From Craspedostauros australis (Eukaryota), in assembly GCA_030167865.1 (NCBI GenBank), contig JALAGF010004058.1, positions 1-37,089 of the forward strand: DNA of 37,089 nt, given 5' to 3'. Of this stretch, positions 22,096 through 31,974 are shown in pieces. The position numbers and the translations under genes are program-made. The notes beneath the pieces were generated by a model. That model saw only the letters and a program-made list of their open reading frames with translations, was not told where the DNA came from and did not search any database. How positions within the stretch are numbered: position 1 is the stretch's first letter; every line of letters starts with the position of its first letter.

Positions 22096-23566
22096 GGCTG
22101 CTCTCTTTCCCCCTTGTCGTTCAATCTGGACCTGCATTGGATGTCCCCACAACCAATGCGATTGGATTGTGGCAACAGATGAATGATCCTGCTGTTGCTG
22201 CTGCTGTTGGTGGTGCTCTACGGTCTTCTTCTCTCTCGGTCTTTCGTCGAAGGTCGTTGTTTGTGCCTCGATTCTTCAAACGAGGTTCTTGGATGAAGCA
22301 ATGCAATGTAAAGTGATGCAATGCAGTAGTTTGTCGTGATAACGACACCAATTCTGGCGATGGATGTGCGAACTTGTGCGTGCGCTCGTTGTTCCTGTTG
22401 CTGCCGCTGTTGCCGCTGAAGGAGACAACGCAACTGACCGAGGAATCAACAATGTGATGCCCAGTGAAGGTGGATTGCTCGTATGGGCTGATGAGCGACA
22501 GACATCCAACTGTGCAGCCAATGAGGTAGGAAAGTCGCTTCGAATCTCCTCGCATCAACGCGCACCGGGACCTGTGGAGGCTTGGGTTGTGTGGACTCTG
22601 AATGCTTTTCACGTCCTTTGGGCCTTGTCTTCGCCTAAATCCAGTTGGGGTCGATTGGTTTATTGCGTGTCTAATTGCGTGTCTAATTGCGTGTCTGACT
22701 GGTTGGTACTGTTCTCTGCCATACATGGTTGACTGCTTGTTTCGCTCTCTTGCGTGTTTGATGTGTTGGTTGATTGGTTACCCAATTTTACGTGGTATGA
22801 CTGCGACCTTAGTCTGCGTGCGCGTTCACCAGTACTTCATTCGCATTGTTTCGCATTGCTCTGTCTCTCTTCCTGTGTGCGAGCAATTCTTCTCACACAC
22901 AGAGCCACTCGTGTTGGCGCAGGGCAGTACGGGACTGTTTCGACGCCTTTGTGGGAAGCGCACCATTTTCAAATCCCTCGCCAATTTTGTGGCCGTTGGG
23001 AGGGCACTGATGATCCGTGATCTCCACGACATATATGGGACGATGCTACTTAACAATTGATACTTAATATTGTCAGTGCAGCGCCTTATTTGTTCATTTC
23101 GGTCCGTTGGAAGATGTGGAGAAGGGATCCACATCGTTCCTCTCGTCCATTCACAACCGCAACAAACACATGCAAACTCCACGAAAATCATGGACAAAAT
23201 GGACGGCGTGTGGCGCAGACTCCGTCTTTCGATGGCGATGCGCTGGCATTGTTGATCGATGCATCACCAACAATGATGACCACGACTTACCGACAACGAT
23301 TCTCCCGCGTATCCCATTTTGAATGTTTGGTTGTGAGAATGCTATGGATGAGAGTAGAGCAAACTCGATGGAAGAGAATGGACGGTCGGCGGGCGTACGA
23401 TTCCAAAACCATCACATGATCTCATCCATCACACATCGTGGATTGTTGGCTTTCACAGAACATCGGTCGACAACGCACAATCGGCACACACATCAGCATG
23501 GTGGAACAAGAGAGCAACAGAGGAGCAATGACAATGACGATGCATTCCCTGCAACAACCCCCGCGC

Positions 23567-24592
23567 ATGCCAATAATGACAGTTCCTGGAAGGAGTTGGA
23601 TCTCTATCCTTTGGTTCCTCGCATTGGCAACACTGCTGCTGCTGCTGCTGTTAGCCCCAGCGCACGGATTCCGTCATGGATTGGCATTCCATCATGCCCG
23701 ACACATCGATCATGGCCGCAATCGCTGCCAGCATCGTGATCGGCATCGGCACCAGTATTCCAGTGAATTATTCGTCAGCAAACGCAACAAGCAAAGGCAG
23801 CGCCATCGCGGTCGCATTCCCCAAGCACCGCTCGACGTCCCACAGCAACAGCAAACCATCGAAACGCCACCATCCGCATCCAAAAAGAAATGGACAAGCC
23901 GCGATGCTTCTGCCACCCAATCCATATCCTGGTGCGACGTCTCCAAATCTCGCAAACTCCAATTCGAACTCTACGTGCTGGACGACAGCACCATCCCACC
24001 GCAACGCCACAGCATCCGACTGCAAAAGAACCGCATGGAGCAGATCCAGCACGTGCTCACGATGGGCGTGCTGTGGTCCATCTTTCGTCGTCCGCACATG
24101 GCCATCGAGCACGATATTGGCGATTCCGACTACCTTCCCGACGTGGTGACGTTGGATGGCGCATTTTGGGGTGAATCGGGACGCGTCAGCGTGCACAAGA
24201 CGTTGGATCTGTTGCAGCGGTATCCCGACACGCACATCGTGCATTGCCGGTGGGGCATGGAGATTGAGCAGATTCGTCGGCCCGTGCTGGAAGCGTTGGC
24301 GATAGAGATGGAGCGGTATGCGAATGTGACGACGACGACGCAACATGAAGGAGCTGCGGACGATGATGGCACGAGCAGCTCAGCAAGCAACGGAAGTGAC
24401 GGAACGACTCCACCGAAAGATTGGAAGTCGATACTGGAGAATCGGACGCAGCCCTTCGTATATGCATCCATACCTGGCAATGATGTGTGGAGGTTTGTGG
24501 ATGCCGATGGCAGGATCAACGTGTGCCGCGACGATTTGGAATGGGAGGAGTTGGAATTGTCGCAGATTCTGGAGATTGATGTGGGGGTGTGA
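23567..24592 (+). CDS. Putative plastid/ER-targeted protein with YaeQ-like (PD-(D/E)xK-related) domain; start could also be 23498
   Basis: Signal peptide WISILWFLALATLLLLLLLAPAHG-F followed by a basic stretch. Core reads EQIQHVLTMGVLWSIF..IEHDIGDSDYLPDVVTLD..FWGESGRVSVHK...RYPDTH. Confidence 0.7.
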   Translation: MPIMTVPGRSWISILWFLALATLLLLLLLAPAHGFRHGLAFHHARHIDHGRNRCQHRDRHRHQYSSELFVSKRNKQRQRHRGRIPQAPLDVPQQQQTIETPPSASKKKWTSRDASATQSISWCDVSKSRKLQFELYVLDDSTIPPQRHSIRLQKNRMEQIQHVLTMGVLWSIFRRPHMAIEHDIGDSDYLPDVVTLDGAFWGESGRVSVHKTLDLLQRYPDTHIVHCRWGMEIEQIRRPVLEALAIEMERYANVTTTTQHEGAADDDGTSSSASNGSDGTTPPKDWKSILENRTQPFVYASIPGNDVWRFVDADGRINVCRDDLEWEELELSQILEIDVGV

Positions 24593-24975
24593 AAAAGGGG
24601 TCGTTGATCATCATTCACCCCCAAAGATGGAGAAAGGGAGATATTTGGGGGGATGGTCATTTTGACATCAACATCAACATCGCCTCGTCATTCCAACTCG
24701 CGCTCAAATGAGATTGCGCACATCACAATCTCGGGAGATGGGAAGAGGGGAAGAACAGGGAAGTCCATGGTACACTGATCAGCAATCGACAAGAGCATAA
24801 GAGCTGGTTTGGTGCGGCGTCTTCTGTGATCGGTGCTTGGTGATGCAGTAACGTGCGATTGCGCGCAAACGAGGGTGTCGCTTGGTTGGTGGGAGTCAGC
24901 GGCCAATTCCGCTCAACGTTGCTCTCTCTGCCCTGCCATTGGACTTCCTTCCCTGATCAGGCAGCAGTGGAAGCA

Positions 24976-26622
24976 ATGGAGGCGAAGAAGAATCGGCCTT
25001 CTGCGGGCTGCACCCGTGCAACGCAGCAGCGAATGGTGGTTGGAATCATCTGCATCTTTGCATTATTCAATATTTGGACCATCGTGCAACACGACAGAAC
25101 AACGCATGAGACGATCCATGACAATCATGCTGCATTCCTGGAGGCCTTTGTCGTCGATTCAGCTGAAGAAAACAGCGACAATGAGAAGGACGCTGGCAGA
25201 AATACATACCAATCCATATCACCGTTGCAGAGCAATGTTAATATCGCAGAACCAAATGCCGAAACAAGCGTTCAGAATGAGGATGGTCATCTGCAGATAG
25301 ATGCACGGATGGGCAGCTCAGCGATGGACAGAGTCTCAAGTCAAGCGGCAGCCATTGCGGTGGATCCAATCACAACAACAGCAGTTTCAACAACAGCCGT
25401 TTCAAAAACAGCACAAACGGATCAATCTAAGCTCCCACTGTGCCGTGTTGCTGTCTTCAACAACTTCGATTATCACTACGAGCTGCTGGAGAGTATCGTG
25501 ATTCGGTATCCGCTGCCATGGGATACCCTCCAATGCGACTACACGTCCCAGCCGGTGCAGTTCGACATCGCGTTCCAGGACAACCGTAAAATCACGAACG
25601 AGAAGAAAGGATGGAAGGAGTACTACTTCCAACACCTCAATGGCACCATCCGCGAACGCAACGCCACCAACACCAACACAGTCGTGCAGGCCAGGTTTGG
25701 CGTCGTCTGGCGTTACGAAGACTTCGTCAAGCGCGCCAAGACCGCCTACATCGGAACGAAGGAGCACATTGATTTCCATGCGCAGATCGTCGTGAGCTGC
25801 GCCAAAACCGCCATCGACAAAATAAACAGCGATGTTATACGGCGCAAGAATAACGAGGCCAAGATCAAAGCATTGGAGGTTGCTGCTTTGCGCCAACAGG
25901 CCTCCAACAACAGCACCAAGAAGCGTGCCAAACCAATGCGTAAGTATATCCCACCATTCTGCGTCAACCACGTCCGCGATGATGAGAACTGCTTCAACCC
26001 CGAAGTCTCGCCGAGCAGATGCTGCTGGTTGAACCCGATGCATCCGGAGTGTTTCTTCATCCCGTCCGACTTCCCACAATTCCCCGGCGCGCGCAACGAG
26101 CGCTGTCGCCAATTCCAACAATCCAACCAAACCTTGCGCTTGTGCATCAGCGGCGGTGCTCGACGTCACATCGATCTGGCGACCATCATCGAGCAATACC
26201 AGCAAGAACAACATCACCGCCACGACATCAACTACGAACTCGTCATCCACCAACGACACGACAAACCCCCCAAATTCTACAACGACCACAACGTTCCCAT
26301 CACCATCGAGAATCTATCCAAGTTCTACGAATACGAACGCAGCATGGCGCACTGCGACGTCCTGCTGCCCATGATCACGCCGCAGCACAATCCGGGATAC
26401 TTCCCACCCGTCGGAAAACTGTCGGGATGTCTGGCGCAGGCCATTGGATATCAGATCCCCACCGTCATGCACGAGCAGCTGCGGCAGATCTACGAACCTT
26501 ACTTGGCGACGACGTGGACCTACAACGACACGCATCCCAGCTTGAAGGCGGCGTTCGTTGCAATGCTGCAAGGGCGAAAGGCGCAATTGGTGGCGGAGTG
26601 TGGTGGTCAGCAAGCAGGTTGA
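24976..26622 (+). CDS. Type II membrane protein, probable glycosyltransferase-like (GT-B-like C-terminus)
   Basis: Short cytosolic N-terminus, TM VVGIICIFALFNIWTIV and a low-complexity stem. Globular part contains VAVFNNFDYHYELLES, CDVLLPMI and KLSGCLAQAIGYQIPTVMH. Confidence 0.7.
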   Translation: MEAKKNRPSAGCTRATQQRMVVGIICIFALFNIWTIVQHDRTTHETIHDNHAAFLEAFVVDSAEENSDNEKDAGRNTYQSISPLQSNVNIAEPNAETSVQNEDGHLQIDARMGSSAMDRVSSQAAAIAVDPITTTAVSTTAVSKTAQTDQSKLPLCRVAVFNNFDYHYELLESIVIRYPLPWDTLQCDYTSQPVQFDIAFQDNRKITNEKKGWKEYYFQHLNGTIRERNATNTNTVVQARFGVVWRYEDFVKRAKTAYIGTKEHIDFHAQIVVSCAKTAIDKINSDVIRRKNNEAKIKALEVAALRQQASNNSTKKRAKPMRKYIPPFCVNHVRDDENCFNPEVSPSRCCWLNPMHPECFFIPSDFPQFPGARNERCRQFQQSNQTLRLCISGGARRHIDLATIIEQYQQEQHHRHDINYELVIHQRHDKPPKFYNDHNVPITIENLSKFYEYERSMAHCDVLLPMITPQHNPGYFPPVGKLSGCLAQAIGYQIPTVMHEQLRQIYEPYLATTWTYNDTHPSLKAAFVAMLQGRKAQLVAECGGQQAG

Positions 26623-27016
26623 TAGACATTGTGCGAACAATCGGTTGTTGCACTGTGTGGCACTTTGTCAACGCTGCCGCTACAACAAATGTGCGAGGCG
26701 AACCTCTTGCAATCTCCATTTCAGTTCATGGATTGAAGACTAAACAAACATGCTATACTCGGAACACCACAAGTCAAGACACACGGATGGTGAAAAGTCC
26801 CAATTCTTTCAAGCAGTTTTCGCACAAAATGAGAGTTCATTTTCTTATCGGTTGGGATGCTTCATTCGTTTGATTTGCTGCGCTCCTTCATATCATAGAA
26901 ATGAACGTTCAAGGCACGTTGGTGGCGGCCTGGCTCAACATATCCAAGACTTCCGCAGTGATGATGGAACCCACGAGACCCGTGCCGATGATGTACTTTG
27001 GAACCTGGCTGACGTC

Positions 27017-28144
27017 CTACCCACCATTGGCTGTCGCTGATGCAGACGCTGCCTTGTTGTTGGCGACGATACGCTCTGTCATGAACTTGGAAATGGTGGC
27101 TGCCGTCGCCTCGGGCTGCTCCAAATGCGGCACGTGCCCGCACTCCTCAATCCACTCCAACTGCGCATCGGGCATCGTATCCAAAAATTGCTGCGCGTAC
27201 TCGTCACCTTCCAAGATGCCATCCTGCCGTCCCCACAAGATGAGGGTCGGCACGTCGATCTTGGCGACCTTCTCGGACGGCTGAAAGCCCCCGCTCTTCA
27301 TGAACGACACCATGGCGTCGGACCAGCCATCGCGCAGACAGTGCAACCGGCCGATGACTTGCGCTTCTTCCGTCGCGTACGTCTCCTTATCGTAGTACGA
27401 CATCTGGTTGGCCATATTGCGCAGCGGGATGCTCTTGAGGACCTGCACGCCAGCCTTGGCCAGCGGTCCCGGCAACGACGCCATGGGACCGACGCCGTCG
27501 ACGAAACCTTGCGCGTCGATGAGGATCATGCCGACGATGCTGCACGACTCGCACTGCCCCGCACCGGCTTCGATGGCCACGGCGCCGCCGAGGCTGGCGC
27601 CGCCCAGCACGATGGATTGGTTGGCGAATTTGGTGTCGAGGAAACTCTGCAGGGCGGCGAGTTTGGAATCGGCCGAGAAGCTGCTGACGCCTTCGAGCTG
27701 CGTGTATCCCCAACCCAGAATGTCAACGAAGTAGACGTCCTGGTCCTGCGATAGGCGCGGTCCCAATCGGCGGTATTCCAGGCACGATGAGTCGAATCCG
27801 TGGATGAGAACGACGGGTGGCTTCTTGGCTTTGCCTTTGGGTGCCTCGAAGTGGATGTACGAGATGCCGACATTCCCAGATTCGGCAATGTCGGTCGAGA
27901 CGGGCACGAGCACGCGTTGCATCTTGGCGGCGGCGTCATTGCAGGCGTCCTCCTCGATGACGGCCTTGGTGTCCGGCTGTTCGAAGGTGAGGTCGGCTGC
28001 GAGCAGCGCAGCTGGGATGGCCGAGGATGATGTTGCCGAAGCACTGGGAGCAGTGCGAGGAGCAACACCAACGAAGGCATCCGCGGATGGATGGCTGCTG
28101 CTGATCAGCAGAGCAGACAGGATGGTGGATGCTGTGAACTTCAT
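27017..28144 (-). CDS. Plastid-targeted alpha/beta hydrolase (VTE7-like/cyanobacterial-type esterase)
   Basis: Presequence MKFTASTILSALLISSSHPSADA-FVG. Motifs LIHGFDSSCLEYR, DILGWG, GASLGG (nucleophile elbow), LILWGRQD and CGHVPHLE. Confidence 0.9.
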   Translation of the reverse strand: MKFTASTILSALLISSSHPSADAFVGVAPRTAPSASATSSSAIPAALLAADLTFEQPDTKAVIEEDACNDAAAKMQRVLVPVSTDIAESGNVGISYIHFEAPKGKAKKPPVVLIHGFDSSCLEYRRLGPRLSQDQDVYFVDILGWGYTQLEGVSSFSADSKLAALQSFLDTKFANQSIVLGGASLGGAVAIEAGAGQCESCSIVGMILIDAQGFVDGVGPMASLPGPLAKAGVQVLKSIPLRNMANQMSYYDKETYATEEAQVIGRLHCLRDGWSDAMVSFMKSGGFQPSEKVAKIDVPTLILWGRQDGILEGDEYAQQFLDTMPDAQLEWIEECGHVPHLEQPEATAATISKFMTERIVANNKAASASATANGG

Positions 28145-28672
28145 TGTGTTGCTGTACTCGAACGCGGTGATCTGGATTGTGAGGGAACTATGGTATTGGT
28201 AGTCCACGTCCACTTGCGAAATGTCCAAATGAGCTGCAGCAATGTTCCGACTCTGCAGATCAGAAGTCTTTCGGTGCAAATCTCTCACAAGTTGCAGATA
28301 CCCACATCTCTGCAGAAGCCAACCAAAGTTGTGACGTCAGTTCGCCACAGACGAGACGAAGGTTTTTCTTACCTCTTGTCTAAGTTTGGCATCGTGCAAA
28401 AAACTGTCATTATTTCATTCCACGGGCGTTCTGATTGGCTAAAACTGCGCAAGAAGAAGGCCATAAAGGAGATAACGTATTTACGCAGAGCTCATAAGTT
28501 CAACTTGGAACCTCTCCCAGGATTTGGTCTTCTTGTGGTTGTGAGATGCACAAGCAACACCACAACTACCACACAGAGTGACATCTTTGCAACGCACACG
28601 CTTCTCATCCATCTCTACAATCGCATCACATCTCACAAACAAATCAAAAATACAACAACCCAATCTATCACC
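28145..28672. promoter_or_regulatory. Putative bidirectional promoter between two plastid-protein genes, with TGACGTCA and a reverse CCAAT
   Basis: Head-to-head ATGs about 530 bp apart. TGACGTCA at 28332-28339, ATTGG at 28434-28438. Confidence 0.5.
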
Positions 28673-29626
28673 ATGCTCTTCCGCTCCACCATCGTCATTG
28701 CTGCCCTCGCAAGCACATCCGCCTTCGTGGTGAACCGCCCATCTGGCGCAAGCGTCGCCTTGAACGCCGAGATCCGCGGACCCACCGACAAGTCCGCCGA
28801 ATTGCGATTCGGATGGGACGGTACCGAGGCCCGCGGAGGTGCCGTGGAGGATGCCAAGCCGCTGCGCATGCTCGAGGATATCCGCGCCGCCGGGTGAGTG
28901 CAGTGTGGATGGAGCAGAATTGATTGTGTATGGAGTGGCGTGGTGTGGAGTGGAAGAGATAAAGTGTTGTGATGGCCATATGCACGATGAAACTGAAGAC
29001 ATGTATCGACTCACGCTATTTCTGTTCTGTCTTGCCCTTGCTCTATACCAAACAAATACATGGCACTCGCTCCAATGTATTCGCCATTTCTTGACCAGCG
29101 AGACCATCCCAGACGAATGCGAAGTCTTCAATGCCAACGTCGAGATGGATTCCGGCGACCTCAAGTTCGAGGAGGTGATGGAGGTCATCGATGAGCACTA
29201 CGAGAGCGGACTCATCGAGTTCAAGAACGGTGACATCGTCAACAAGCAGGGCGAGAATGAGGGATCCGCCAAGGTCCTCAGTTACGCCGCCCTGTCCAAC
29301 ATGGACAAGGATACTACATTGAAGGTAAGCTTGGTTGGTGGAAGCGCTCAATTGTATTGGATTGCAATTGTATTGCACATATCTTTCTCACATTCATTCA
29401 TTCCCAACAACCCAATGCATCCAATCTAATCGATAACATCACGCAGCTCTGGGGACAATACTACCGAGAAGTCGTGGCCGACCCAGATGGCGACTCGCAC
29501 CAGAATATCCGCAATTTCATGAAGACCGGATGGGAGGGTGTTCCATTCGAGAACGGCATTGCGCTCACACGAAAGAATAGCGGTGAAGGCGAGTGGGATA
29601 AGTTTGCCGAATCTTGGATTCCGTAA
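28673..29626 (+). CDS. Plastid-targeted HopJ-domain protein (208 aa); exons 28673-28893, 29099-29324, 29447-29626
   Basis: Presequence MLFRSTIVIAALASTSA-FVV. HopJ motifs FKNG..N..GENEGSAKV, WGQYYR.V and HQNIRNFMKTGWEGV. Two GT-AG introns restore one continuous frame. Confidence 0.9.
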
Positions 29627-29845
29627 ACGCTCACACTCGCACAGTATGTAGAGATCGAGTGTCTTTGCAGCACACGAAGTGGAGGAATCGATACTATGCT
29701 CTACAGAGATGCTGCTGCCTGTTGTGTAACGTTGCAGTCAATCAGTCAAAGTACTCAGGAGTAACATTAGGAGAAACAACAGCAACAACAATGTTACATG
29801 TACTTGTGCTATTCGACATCTTGCAACGCAGCGTGCTGCCTACTA

Positions 29846-31264
29846 TCATACTCGTCTCACATGGCCGCGTCGCGATGACCGCTTGGACTTCATGCGCCCC
29901 ATGACGCGGGAAAAGTCAGGCGCACCATTCAATGCATCGACACCAGACGACCAACGCCGTTTTTTCGTGGATGATACCATGCGGGTTGCCTGGGCACCGT
30001 ACTGTCCATTCACGACCATGTCGGGAGCGACACGTTGCGCCGTCGCGACGAGGGCGGCCATTCTCGTGGAACGCGTTGGCTTGTTCGGCGGCACTTTGGG
30101 GGCGTTCTTCGCTTTGCGCTTGCGCGAGGTTGGCACCTCGACGCTGCTATCGTCGTCGAAGATGCCCGTAAGCGCAGCAGCAGTGGGAGGCGCCCGTTTG
30201 GGAGGCGCCGCCTGCGGCTGATACAATCGCACGTCGGCCTCGAGCTTCTGGATTCGTCTCTTGAGCTTGGCATTTTCCATGGAGAGCTTGGGATGGAGCT
30301 CGACGACGTCATCGAGGGCGCGCTTGGACTTTTCGTGCATCTTCTTGATCTCCGCATCGTGCTTCTGCTGATGACATCTCAACAAGTTTTCCAGCGACGC
30401 CACCTTGGCCTTTTCCACTTGCACTTGAGAGCGAGCACGCGCCGCAGCCGCTTCGCCGGTGTTGGCACGTATTTGCAGCGAGTGCAGCATGATGTCGGTG
30501 TTGTGCGCTTTGGCCTTCGCGGATTCCAACTCCTCCTCCACACGATGTAGGCGACAACGCCAAGTATCGTGCTCCAACTGAAGTTTTTTCTTGGCTTTCG
30601 CTTGCTCCTGGTTCTGCCGCTTGAGATGGTCGCATCTCTTCTTGTACTTGATGGCGAGGTTCTTGATCTTGCGATGTTTGTCCGATGGCGGATTGGGCCG
30701 GGAGGCCGCATCGGCTAGTCGGACGAAGGGCGCGACAGCAGCAACGGTTCTGTTTCTGTTGCGGTTGTTGCGTGGTTGGCGATGTTGGCCTTCCGCGTCA
30801 CTGTCATCAATGTCAATGCAGACCACCTCTTGAAATAAATCATCATCATTGGCATCATTGACATCAATGAATCGAGCAGCAGCAGCAGCAACGGGCGCCC
30901 GTCGATAATGCTCGGCGACAAGTCTGGGGTTGTCCAATACGCCAACTTCCTCATCATCATCATCCGAGTCATGCAGCAAGGCATCCACTTCGTCGTCGTT
31001 GACACCGAGCGAATCCGACACCGCCGGCGCCGACAGGTAGATCTTGACGAAGCCATCCGAGCGCTTGTTGCAATTTGGACATTTGACTCTGGTGGAACCG
31101 TGGTTGCGATGGACCGTTTTCTTCCATCCCTCGAAACACTTCTGGTGGAAGCAATGTCCGCAGGGCGTCACGGTACCGAAGGCGTTGGAAGCTGCATCAT
31201 CATCGGATGCTGGCGCCAGCAACGGCTCCAAGCAGATGGAGCACGTGTTGTTGTCGTCGTCCAT
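29846..31264 (-). CDS. RING-H2 E3 ubiquitin ligase with coiled coil (TRAIP-like architecture)
   Basis: CSIC...PCGHCFHQKC...W...KCPNC at the N-terminus, an acidic linker, a long heptad-rich region and a basic tail. Confidence 0.88.
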   Translation of the reverse strand: MDDDNNTCSICLEPLLAPASDDDAASNAFGTVTPCGHCFHQKCFEGWKKTVHRNHGSTRVKCPNCNKRSDGFVKIYLSAPAVSDSLGVNDDEVDALLHDSDDDDEEVGVLDNPRLVAEHYRRAPVAAAAARFIDVNDANDDDLFQEVVCIDIDDSDAEGQHRQPRNNRNRNRTVAAVAPFVRLADAASRPNPPSDKHRKIKNLAIKYKKRCDHLKRQNQEQAKAKKKLQLEHDTWRCRLHRVEEELESAKAKAHNTDIMLHSLQIRANTGEAAAARARSQVQVEKAKVASLENLLRCHQQKHDAEIKKMHEKSKRALDDVVELHPKLSMENAKLKRRIQKLEADVRLYQPQAAPPKRAPPTAAALTGIFDDDSSVEVPTSRKRKAKNAPKVPPNKPTRSTRMAALVATAQRVAPDMVVNGQYGAQATRMVSSTKKRRWSSGVDALNGAPDFSRVMGRMKSKRSSRRGHVRRV

Positions 31265-31974
31265 GCTCTCTATCGAACTTCGTCGTCAGCAATGCGAGTC
31301 TTTGCTTCTGTCTTTGCTCCTGTATCGTGTACTTGGAGTTTACGTAGAGCTTCTGTAGACTCTAGTTTCTGCAGAGTGTTGACTCGATTTCCTTTTCCTC
31401 GCTGAATTCACAAATCGTGCACCACGCAATGCCTGCTCCGTGGATACGCAACACTTGATTGTCTCGTTTTGTTCCGCCGTTCCTCTGTGTGTTGCTCTGC
31501 AAGGACTCTTCTCCATCAGAATGTGACTCTCTCCAGTTGTGCAGATCTCTGGGCTGCTCTCTGCAACGCTCTTGTGTCTCATTTCCACCCAGTGGTCGCA
31601 CAGGGTAACATCGAAGAAGCGGGAGCGTTTGAATTCGACGCGCGTGCCACTTCTGCCTACATGGGACTCGATCAATTCGTGAATTCGATGTCGTCTGTCT
31701 GCGGAACCATTCGAATGTGTCGACATCCCTCCACGTTTGGCGCCAAACACCGACACTCTCTCTTGTTTGGATCCTTGATGTCTCTTCTTGTTGTTTGGTC
31801 GTTGTTCGCATCCTCGCGGAAGCATCCGCAACCTTCCCATCCTGATCATGCTCTGTGCTTGTGGTGGTGTTGGCACTCGAACCTCCTCCAGTCATACTCT
31901 CACAAGTCAATCGGATTTAGTTCAATCCAATTCAATTCTCCAAACACAGTGCAACAAAGAAGTGCAGCTCCACG

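Noticed and set aside
28673-29626. Bacterial contamination or a type III secretion locus suggested by HopJ
   Set aside because: The gene has spliceosomal introns, a plastid presequence and eukaryotic neighbours.
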